From: Hemiscyllium ocellatum | Taxonomy: Eukaryota | Length of the DNA stretch: 64,000 nucleotides | NCBI RefSeq assembly: GCF_020745735.1 | Contig: NW_026867501.1 | Coordinates: forward strand, 248,001 to 312,000 | Direction: 5' to 3' | Shown: in pieces, positions 50,501 to 61,315 of the stretch | Numbering within the stretch: the first letter of the stretch is position 1 | Layout of the letters: each line of letters starts with the position of its first letter | Notes under the pieces: generated by a model | The model's input: the letters and a program-made list of their open reading frames with translations, nothing else | Databases searched by the model: none | What the model was told of the DNA's origin: nothing | Made by a program: the position numbers and the translations under genes

Positions 50501-53500
50501 GCTTCTGCAAGTCTCCACAGTCTCCCTTCATATCTGTTCCTCCAATCCCTGTTGAACATTTGATGGCCAATATTATAATCCAAATAACGTTATCATCCCA
50601 TTCTTATTCCTTAGTTGCTCCCACTAAGTCTCACAGAATGATCCTTCATTTATTCCATCTTTGACTACCTCTGTTATATTCACCTTAATCAAAAATGAAA
50701 CTGGCACTCTCCTTCTGCCACCACCTCCGTCCCGCCTGAAACACTTGTACTACTTCACATTAAGCATCCAGTCATGGCACTCCCTTTGCCATACCTACAA
50801 CCCCCATACCCATCCACGCCCTAAATTCATTTGCCTTACCTGTCAGTCCTCTTGCATTGAAATATATGCAAATTAATGCAACAGGCACTTCTAACTCTGT
50901 AATGTGTTGCAGGCTTGAGCTGTCCCTTCAACATACGATTGCTGAGTACTGCATCTCCTTCAAAACATGCACTTTCAAATTCTAGTTTAAATGCCTATAT
51001 TTGAATGCTTCTGTTGCTGCCCACATTTGTTTTGGTGTCTCTGTAAGTTTGTTTCCATGTTTGTATATTTCCGTCTATGTTGCTTTTCTGTCTGACTTCG
51101 TGCCCGGTGAGATATCAGTTCCCGATTCCTAAATGATTGCCTGCAGCGTCCTGAAATCTAGTTAAATCTTTTACAAAAAGAGATGGCAGTTTCAGTGGAA
51201 GATAAATTGTCTGGAAGGATGTTAATCAATTATTGAGCATCACAGTCTCTATCCTGATTTCTCTGTCTTATGATTCGTGTGATACAGTGTCACCCTCTGA
51301 TGACCAAAATTCACAATTGCATTAGCGCAGGTTGAAACTCCCAGGATTTCAATTAGTGCATAACTTAAATTGACGGCAGCATCACATCATACATAAGGTC
51401 AATGTGAAATCTTTGCTGTTACTCCTGGGGAAAAAATGCCGCAGGGCTGAAATAAAAATGAAAACTATTTTTAGAAGAAACGAAATATGTCAGGTTATGG
51501 AAAAGTGAATGAACAGTCTAATTAAAAATGCAGAACATAGTAGAAACAGATTTTACAAATGTCTGCACCTATTTAGCATCTTAATTTTAAAATACTGTGC
51601 ACTGACTACTTGTAGCTACAAAGCAGGGAGAACAACACCCTGCAGTATACTTTTTTAAAGGCTTTGTTCAATTTGTCCTGAATTAACAATTAAATGTTTC
51701 TCAGTGCACACTGTATTAATTCTCATCTTCACATATTACGAAATGGGTGCTTCTCTGAACATCGCTTCTGCGAGCTGTAACTGCATCTAACGTCATTTGT
51801 TGATATTCTTCTGGACTCAGTTTCAATATCTTTACTCAAAATGGGGGAAAGAAAGCAAATGTAACCATTGGCCAATGACTGTCGGAGAGAATTACCAGGA
51901 GACGTGTGGAGTTCTACAAGAAGATGACTTTTCATTTGCTAACAAAAGCCGTGACAACCAGAGAGAGAATTCTTAATTGCCCCCGAACCTCGGTGTCCAT
52001 TATTTTACCTTATTTTATCATGTTTTCTTCGAGTTTGTCAGCATATCTAATGTGTTAGTCAGGGATATCATTCTGCAGTTATGCAACAAACCAATGATTT
52101 TAGTTCATGTTACCTCTCTACTCCTTCTACTATGTTTTTTTCCTGCTTCAAACTTAACTCATATCATAACGATTATTTATTATTTCGTCTGCCACAATGG
52201 TCTCCCAACTCCAATCTTAATATTTCTCTATTATGTTACGGTTAGATATTTGCTGTTACAGCAGCCACAATGGACTTTAGCCTGAGGTTGAAACAATTAC
52301 ATCACGCTCACATTTACTTACATGTCACATGCTTTGTTTGAACTGATTATGCTGCCATTGGTACCTAACCTAATTATACTACCTAACTAGCATGTTTCTC
52401 CCCCTATTGCTCGATACACGATTGATGTAGTATTCTGACTGATGTAGCATTCCACAAATCCTTGTAACATTCCACCCAGTCCTCATGTTTAACTCATTAA
52501 ATGCCCTTATTCACTTTATTTTCCATGTGATCTTCAGTTTTATGATTCCAAGAATTCTAGAATATATTAAAAAGAACTTAACGCCAGAATATTTAGTAAC
52601 AAGTAGCTGGTCATACAGTGTTAGCAGAGCTAAATGAAGTGAAAAACCTGCCTGGCAAATTCGGTGGAATTCCTCTAGTAGAGAACAAGCAGAATGGCTA
52701 AAAAGGCTGGCTCGAAAAAGCATTTGCATTTCCAGATCATGTTTGAGAATGTACCACAAATTAGAATACTTAATGAAAAAGAAGTCAAAATATCAGAGGC
52801 AGATATTAGCATGGAGAGGCGGTGTCTTAATTATTTGTACACAAACACTTGAATAAAGGCAGTGCGTGCCCCGACAGAAAGCGAATCTGAGCCACAGTGC
52901 GACAAACATCAATGCTGGGGCCTCAGTCTTTCAGAACATGTACAGTGATTTGAATAAGGAAAGAGAATTTACTGTCGCCAAATTGGCGAGATCCAGAAAA
53001 ATAATTGGAACACAGGTTGTAATGATGACACAACGAGACTGTGGAAGGACATAAATAGAGTGAAAGGGCAAAAGCTTGGCAGCTGAAATATTACATCTGA
53101 AATGACAGCAAAGGTGAATATTATGCAAATTGATGACGATTACAGAAACGTGCAGAGATTTTCGGGGATGGAGGAGGTGACATTATTGTGGCTACTATTG
53201 CATCGGTCTCATAAAGTTGGAATGTTGACACAGTGGGGAACAGTGAAATTAAACGGAACATGGGCCTGCACTTCAGAAGGAATGGAGATTGAAGTTCATT
53301 TTCTGAGCTTTCACTACAAGCAGTTCGCTGACTGTTTGATTCGAGGTTAAGCTGATTTTTTCATGGTTTCAGTTTGAATTGAGTATGTCTGCCTGCGATT
53401 CCACAAATATCCCAACAGATAGCATCACCAGCTGACAATTTTGCACATCACTGGGAATGCATTTGATCATCATCTTTCTAAAAGAAAAGTGATACAAAAT

Positions 53501-54389
53501 GGCTTCGATAAATGCAGCCGCAAGACAGTTAAACAAGTGAGATTTCTGAAGCTCCATTATGAAGTGAAGTTTCACAAATTCTTCTTCATTCTCAACACCT
53601 GTGGAAGTTTCAATCAATATAAATTCTGCCCAGAATTCTGAGTGTTATCGATGTCAAGATACTATAAAGGACATTTATGCAGTCTCGCACACATGTTACC
53701 ACTGCCACTTTAATCCCAACATCGGTGCAGTGTGCCCAAAACAAGTCAAATGACAAAAAAACTGCATTGTCAAATGACTGCTGGATATTGAAACATGATA
53801 TTCGTAAACCTCGCTGTCGCAATTTACTGAGGTCTCCCAGCACGCAATCAGTTCACTAGCTTGTGTCGCCACTACTTCAGTGAGAGTGGAAGGCAGAAGC
53901 TGGATCTCAGCGAATGCAAACAGCTTGAAAAGGGTTAGTCAGTTCCCATACAGAAGGTATGACGGCTGATACAGAGAACAAATGGTGAAGATGTCACTCC
54001 AACTCCAACTCAAATTGTCTCCCTCTTGTGACAATCGCAGAACACACTGAGAGCAACAAGTGTAAAACGTTTCCTCCTAAATCAAGAATTAACCACGTAG
54101 CATCTAACTACATCCATTGCCTACTCACTCAATATTTCCGCACATGCACGAGGCACAAAGGGAATCAATCACTGACTGATTTAAGTGCAACTGGCGTCGC
54201 ACAGCACATAGCTTTTTCCACAAAGCCAACATATTTGCTCAAGCTCACATCAATTAACAAAGAGTTTGGAAAATAAAGAGCGTTGCAGTTAAACATTGTA
54301 ATTTTACATTTGAAGACCGTGAGAAATTTTTAAAAATGCTTGCATGAAATATCAAAAGCTTCATTGAAAATAAAAGAGAAATACAACCG

Positions 54390-54640
54390 AAAAATAGAAA
54401 TTGTTGCAGAAACTGGGATATGTCTCTGATGGCACAATCATGCTTAATGAAAGTATGGTTCTCGTGTTCGGGCCTAGCCGGATGGATAGAATTTTTAATT
54501 AGCAGCCACCAGAATGAGACACACATGATGTACAAAGATCACAGCAAGGTACATGAGGTGAGAAAAGACTATGCAAATTTCACTGAAGACATTTGAAGAT
54601 GTGCAGTCTGATCTTAAAATTCAGCTCTGTTAAAATTCAG
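54390..54640 (+). pseudogene. Weak V-like relic
   Basis: VWF...GWIEFLI, then SLKTFEDVQSD and NSAL in shifted frames. No clear C104 or RSS. Confidence 0.28.
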
Positions 54641-54754
54641 AAGCTATTAATCTTGGAACCAATCACAACTGAGCTGTATATTTTCAACAGTCACATTCCA
54701 TTCAAGTGAATGATTTAACTTTTCTTCAGAATAGCAGTATCAGATTGCATAACG

Positions 54755-54757
<3 letters not shown>

Positions 54758-54804
<47 letters not shown>
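54758..54804. repeat. (TA)n microsatellite
   Basis: Uninterrupted TA run. Confidence 0.95.
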
Positions 54805-54808
<4 letters not shown>

Positions 54809-54904
54809 TTCATTTTTAAAAATATTAATAAAATCTATTAATTTTCTTCTGTAGCTCCATTTATTTTGTCAAATAAATGACTCCTTCTTACAGCTTGTAG
54901 ACTA

Positions 54905-55200
54905 GGGAGCCACGGTGGCTCAGTGGTTAGCACTGCTGCCTCATGATACCATAAACCTCCATTCTGATTCCACTCTCTGACGACTCCCTTTGTGTGGTTT
55001 TCACCTTCTCACCATGTCTATATGGGGTTCCTCTTAGTATATCAGTTTCCTTCTACAGTCCAAGGATAAGCAGGCTATGTGGGTTACCTGTGAGGAATGC
55101 AGATCTATTATTGCATATGGGTTGCTGTTTCAGAGGATCAGTGTAGACTCAATGGGCAGCATGGTGTGCTTTCACACTGTAAGAATCCTATGATTCAAAC
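54905..55200 (+). mobile_element. tRNA-derived SINE (HE1-like)
   Basis: GGGAGCCACGGTGGCTCAGTGGTTAGCACTGCTGCCTCA head, followed by the same body as the other SINE copies. Confidence 0.85.
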
Positions 55201-55675
55201 AATGTATCTCATAACCATGCACAGCAACTCACCCCACCAATGACAACGATTTCCTCGCACACCATGCACTTTGTCAGCCCAAACCTCAAGCATCCGGGTC
55301 GAACTCACCCATGATCATCAGGAACTTGCCTCCATTATTTCCACAAGAAAAACCGTGCGATTAAAAGTAAGAAGAGATTAATGATGAGATGGAACAATAT
55401 TCCCTACCATCCCACTTCCAGCTCTGGTCAGTCCACTTCGCAGATTCCGGCGTCTCATTCATCTCATTGCGACCACGGGTAGGCACTATCTGAAAACGTA
55501 ATACAGATCAGGTGCCTCTTCTTCAAAAAGTGACTGTGTGAAAATTTAACGTTGATGGAGCAATTGAGTTAAAGTCGATCAAATAATATCTCACTTCTGA
55601 ATTAAACTCTTCGCTTCCAGGTGACAGACGGTAATCGCTCTTTCTGTTTCTGTTCATGGTATCGAGACGAGTACC

Positions 55676-56483
55676 ATGAACATTAATCTCTGTCTGACTC
55701 TGGTCATCTCCCTGTTAAGAGGTCTGCTTTACTTATATCTTAAATATCCTTGTACACATTTCCCGTTTCCACTTCCACGTGATTAACTATCTTCCCTTCC
55801 TCCTAGCTAGCGAGTGATACAGCGGGTGGCATGGTGTCTCAATAATTAGCTCAGTTACCTCAGAACAACAGGGGCCCATGTTCGATTCTAGCCTTGAGTG
55901 CTTGTCTGTCTGGCGTATTCACATTCACCCCGCGTCTGCGTAGGGCCCCTCTCGGTGCTCTGGTCTCCTCACACAACTCAGAGATTTGTATATTAGTTAA
56001 ATTGACCATACTAATTTGCCCATAATGTTCGTTGATGTATAGGTTAGGTACGTTAGTAAGGGCTAAATGTGGTGAAAGATTCTAGGTGGGTAACTCTTCG
56101 AATGATCATTGTGGACTTGTTGGGCCAGTTTCCACATTGCAGGTATTCTATGATTAGCTGGGCATTAGCTGATTACTTTTAAAGATGAGTAATATATACT
56201 GTGTCCCAGTCAGAATAAGGGGCCAAAACAATAACGAGTGAAAAATCGACGATAGGTCAAAGTTACCCTGTACGGCTGTACAGTATGAACTACATGGTTA
56301 TTGTCTGTATCCATGACAAGTCACTCACTATCTTTTCAGAGCCAGTCGTTATGGATATAACTGAATGGCTCCAAGTTTTGAACATTTCAGTGGGAATCTC
56401 AATCTGGGACTACATACTTTTCAGCTGTTCATGAATATGTTGAGGGCGACAGACAGCGCCCGGTATAACTGTTCACTGAGATC
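55676..56483 (+). pseudogene. TCR V pseudogene with a SINE in its leader intron
   Basis: Leader MNINLCLTLVISLLR-G|GT (55676-55721). Exon from ~56185: LHGYCLYP*QVTHYLF (LHWYRLYPGQ-like), APSFEHFSGNL, FQLFMNMLRATDSARYNCSLR. Then CTCGGTG, 26 nt, ACAAAAACT (abnormal spacer). Confidence 0.7.
55820..56155 (+). mobile_element. Degraded tRNA-derived SINE
   Basis: GGTGGCATGGTGTCTCAATAATTAGC...GTTCGATTC...CCCGCGTCTGCGT...GGACTTGTTGGGCC, similar to the other SINE copies. Confidence 0.7.
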
Positions 56484-58845
56484 CTCGGTGAATTTGCAAT
56501 GATTCCCAAGTCTCACACAAAAACTGAATGTTTGTCACAATAAAAGGTAAGTTCAAGGAAATGCAAGTGATTGAATCCGTAAGGAACTGTGCAGGGAATC
56601 ATAAATGCATCTGACAAGAGAGCAAACTCTCGTCCATTCAACCCCTCCATGCTGCTCAGTTATTCAGTAAAATCAGGATTGATCTGATCCCCCATATTCC
56701 CACATAATCCGTAAGATTCCTTGTCCTTCTTTATCAAGAATGATGCGATCCAAACATTAAAAATATTCATAAACGTTATTCCCCTTAATGAATGCAATGT
56801 TTAGGTGTTAGCTGGGGTTCACCTCGGTCAGCAACTTACTGTCAAAAGTGATATAATTAAAAACGCAGCCTCAAGCGGTTTGAATTGTTAAGTTTTTTGA
56901 GTAAAATTGTGATGGGTGAAATCAGTATTTTAATCAGAGAAAAAGGACGCCAATGGGACAATGCACCAGCTTGTCCAGAGTTCCAATCTCACAAGGGCAG
57001 CTGTTGGAATTTTAATGGAAATCACAATTCTAGACTGGAAAAGAAAGTCCAAGAATGGTGACCATGATAACCATTACTGATTGTTGTAAAATACAAGAAT
57101 GTTCAAATTCTGACTTATGGGAAAGGGAGATACCTCGTTATCTGGAATGGCACGCATGTTACACCAATCACATGTGCGTGACACGAAACTGCCTTCTGAA
57201 ATGGTGAATTTAGCAACATAGTTCAGTAGAATTTAGGATTAGGGATGCCCATCAAGTGTTTGTATTTGCAGTAGCACGCATAGTCCACAAAAGCGTAAAA
57301 AGTAATAATTGCTATTTGGAAATGTGCAGCAACCTATAATAAGCATGGGATTCCACTGAGTAACAATTGATGGCGTGAATAAATTGGAGGACATTTCTCC
57401 TGAATTGAAAATGAGGCAGATTTTATGGTACTTATCTATTCTTCTGAATTAATAAGAATAATGCATTTGTCGCCTGTTAGAACTGTTGATATCGAAGGAA
57501 AGAAAGTTTAAGTGAGGAAGACTCAGAAAAGTAAGAAGAAGAAATAAGGAAAGGAGACGCATACAGATAGCAATTGGAAACAGCAGAAAGTGGTTGGGTA
57601 AAGTCAGCTGTGTTTACTCATCAGCGAGTGAACCTTTGATGCACAGTAGTTGCCAGGTCAGAGAGAATAGACAATCAGATTAGAGAAACGTGTTTTCTTT
57701 CCCGAATTCGAAACTGACTCTGATTCGAATTACATCCTTAACTGAAGACTAGAAGAGTCAAAATATTTGTAAAGGTGAACTGCTAATAAGGTCAACTCTA
57801 ATCATGTGTACTCTCCGTGTTTTACTCGGAATGATGACCATGCTGTTCTGTGAACTAAAGCCATCAGTATGTAATTCTCGGTTGAGATTCGCAAAAAATA
57901 TTTTTCAGATATTCTTCATATTCTTCAATGGCCTCCATGCAGTCTCCTAAGAGCCGCTAGAATTAATGACTAAGAAGGGGTGGAACCGAAAACTGATCTA
58001 TAATGACATTGGATTTTACAGGTACGAGATGCGATTTGATTAAAAAATTGTAAATTCTTCATGTGTTTTATAGGGTAGAAGAATAAATGTTTGGGGGGGG
58101 GGGACTCGAGGATCACAAGGCACAACCTCAGAGTAAAGGGACAGCCAGCTTGATCACAGACAACGATAAACGTATTCTCTCAGGCAGAATTAAGTCCTGA
58201 AAAGGGAAGTAGAGGCCGTGTCGTTCACAGCATAAAAGGCTTAGACAGGCAAAGTTGTAATCACTAAGTAATTAAGGATTATGCAGAAAAGATACAAAAA
58301 TGGAGTTGAGGATTTGCAGACAAACGATAATGTCACTGGAATGGAAGAGCAGAATACATGGGCCTAAGGCTTACTTCTGTTCTATATCCAATTGTTGTAT
58401 TGATTTTCACAGCCAATGCTTGCATGTTTTTTCTGCCATTCGGACCTGAAAATAAACAACTATAAATGATGCACTGCTGCACAAACATTCGTTTTGATCT
58501 TATTGCAGTTTAACTGGTGCCAGTGATCCCTTGGCTGAGAAATCAAGCCTGTCTGTATTTCCACTCCAACATTTCCTTACGTAAATTGCAGTTCGCTCCT
58601 CATTTTTAGTTGTTCACGATGATGACTACATTTCCATATTTTGTTGTTTTGAAAAAATAGAAATGCATATTGATGCAGAAATAAACAATTACTTTATCTC
58701 AATTAGGAGTACATGATATCATCACGAAAGTGAGATTCACGGCTAACCACCCTCCTGTCAACACCTCAACCCGTACATGTGCTGATATGTCATGCAATAG
58801 TCTGGCAGTTTGTGTACACGTTCTCTACGATCCTGTAGTTATGTG

Positions 58846-59270
58846 GCTCGTAGTGTGCAGTCATACATGACAAGTCTGTCAGCTGTGCTGTCTTACCAGT
58901 TAGAAGCACAGTTCGATTAGATTAATTGAACTTCAGTGAAAAACGTTTTGTTCTTGAAATTCTTCTGCATTCCCATTCTATGTGTTCCTCTGTCCCAAAA
59001 CATCTACTTGAATATTGAAGATACCAGAACAGGTAACGTACATCATTGATTGCATTACAGCAATTACAGAACAATTGATTATCATCTCCTACATTTACTG
59101 AGGTCTCCCCGGGCGCCTGAGAAACAGGGTCTCCTCGGCAATGGTCTAGAAAATCAAAGAAGGGTATTAAGTTAAACATTGACATATACTGTAACTTTCT
59201 CACCCAGAATCAGTCAGAGAACTGCGAAACTTAGTTTTTGAATTATGCAGAAACGTGTTAAAGACAACAT
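58846..59270 (-). pseudogene. TCR V pseudogene, paralog of the intact 12.5-kb V (leader 59270-59204, V exon 59145-58846)
   Basis: Leader MLSLTRFCIIQKLSFAVL*LIL-G|GTGAGA. Exon DHCRGDPVSQAPGETSVNVGDDNQLFCNCC...YLFWYLQYS...KRFSLKFN*SNRTVLLTGKTAQLTD-MYDCTLR. RSS on the minus strand: CACATAA, 23 nt, ACACAAACT (58845-58807). Confidence 0.88.
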
Positions 59271-59872
59271 GCTCTATAACAAACAATTTAATTTGCTTTA
59301 GTGTAGTTTCATTGGCTTCTAAGGTGAACCTAGAGGACAAAATATAAAGGAAAAAGCGTAAAAAGTAAAATACACTGAAAAGAGAATGTAGAAATCTACT
59401 GGTCAGAATGGGAAAAATACAAATTGAAGGAGACTAACATTGACTGACAGAGAGGGATAGAGAAAAGCACAAACATAAAGAGAGAGGGAGGGTGGGGGGA
59501 AAGAGAGAAAGAGAGAGAAGTGTAAAGGAATGTGAATACGTTAATTTTTCTAGTGCCTATCAAATCAAATTTGAATTCAACCTGCTGGCCTCAGACATTC
59601 AGCTGATGTATGCTATTTAATTTGAGGACAAGTTCAGGAGGGATCAAACTATTTTCTTCATTTCACTTCAATTTATGGACATTTCTGTGCTCTGATTCCA
59701 TGTCATAAATGAAACATCTGTGAGCTGAACTGCCAAATATTTTTCAACGCACCAGTTAAGATAACTACAGCGGTAACGATTATGTTAAAAATAAGCCCGA
59801 ACACTTTTGCCTGGAAATGATGATGTATTTGAACAAAAAGTGATTCCACCTGAAATGGTTATTCGTCGAGAA

Positions 59873-59933
59873 ATGAAATATGTACTGATATCAGTCACTC
59901 TGCTAATTGGCTTCTTGTTGATGGGGACACAGG
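59873..59933 (+). CDS. Orphan signal-peptide-like exon
   Basis: MKYVLISVTLLIGFLLMGTQ-G|GTAACA: hydrophobic and phase 1. I could not identify the downstream exon. Confidence 0.5.
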
Positions 59934-60626
59934 GTAACATCCAAGCACGTGGCAAATTAATTGTTTTGCACAAAAAGCCATCAGCTCTACATTCCTTGTT
60001 CCGAAATTACTGACGTTAGCAAAAGGCGTGGTGAAACGGAGCAATATTGACACAGAATTCTTCAGTGGGACGAATTATTCATTTCCTTTCATTTTTTGAA
60101 TCTGTCCTGAAACATGCAAAACAGAAAACATTGCCGGTATAGCATTTATTTCACAATGATGTTGAAATGATTCGCCTGAAGCAGCGAATTGGATGTGGAC
60201 TCATCCCACTGTTTGGTCTTGAAACATAGTCAATCCGTTTCTTCTATCCTTCCAAAGTATCGTCTTTGTTGCAAATGATACGTCTTCATTTATTCACGTC
60301 TTTCTCCTAAGCGTCATGTTATCTCAGTTACATTTCTCTTCGTCTGTAGATTGTTCCATTTCGTTTATACTCTCTCTGTGGATGTTTGACTGTTTTCTGC
60401 CTCTGTTGCGTCTCCTGACAGGTATTCATAATCCACTCCTCAATTATACGGGAACTTCATGATCCCTTTATTGTGTTCCCTTACTCCTGTAAGCTTTGAT
60501 CACTTTATTTCCACATCTATGTGTCTCAGCCCCTTTTGCTTTATGGTTATCTATTGTGTTGTTGTAATATCTCCTTAAATCCGATTTATAATATTTCTCA
60601 TTTTGACGTTTTGTCATGTTTTACTT

Positions 60627-60690
60627 TCTCTCTCTCTCTCTCTCTCTCTCTCCCCCCCTCCACCCTCCCTCTCTCTCTCTCTCTCTCTCT
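60627..60690. repeat. (CT)n-rich microsatellite at the start of a pyrimidine-rich tract
   Basis: CT repeats interrupted by a C-run. Confidence 0.85.
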
Positions 60691-61315
60691 GTTTGCTTTT
60701 CTCTATCCCGCTCTGTCAGTCAATGTTAGTCTCCTTCAATTTGTGTTTTTCCCATTCTGACCAGTAGAATGCTACATTCCCTTTTCAGTGCATTTTATTT
60801 TTTACGCTTTTTCCTATACCTTTTTTCCTCTAAGTTCATTCTCATTCTCTCCGTGTTTCTTTGTCTATCTCCCTTTATATCAATTTAAGTTTGGTTCTCT
60901 TTTCACGATATTTTCGGGCTCTATATTTCTTTATTTTTCTCGTTTCCTATTGCTCTTAAGTTTTCACTATCATCCCAATTCTGTTCCATTATGATGTTGC
61001 ACTCTTCCTTTACCTATTTCCTTGCCTCTGCCTTTCACATCTGTATTTCAGATTTTCACTCTCCCTCTCTCCGTTTCACTTGACATTTGGCAACACTTTG
61101 ATCTCTACCATGTATTGTGTTATGACCGTGTCTCTGTTCCTCTCTTTTGTATTTTTTTTTCGCTTCTTCATTCTTCACATCATTCAAGCCTCCCTTTGTT
61201 TACCTCCCCAAATCACGATGCTTTCCCATCTGTTTGTTTTCTTCCTCTCCACGTTGTGGTCTGTGGAGATGAAGCAATCTGTCCAGCTCTGTTGTTTCAT
61301 TGCTACCTTTCTGAT

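Noticed and set aside
51480-51935. Minus-strand MKSHLLVELHTSP-G|GT with a following VRCSYS
   Set aside because: Not hydrophobic, and no consistent V framework or RSS could be assembled.
54905-54945. tRNA gene
   Set aside because: Only the tRNA-like SINE head (A box) is present, with no cloverleaf.
57804-57960. Leader-like MCTLRVLLGMMTMLF with a downstream QSP
   Set aside because: The donor phase does not match the QSP frame, and no C23, W41 or YYC follows.
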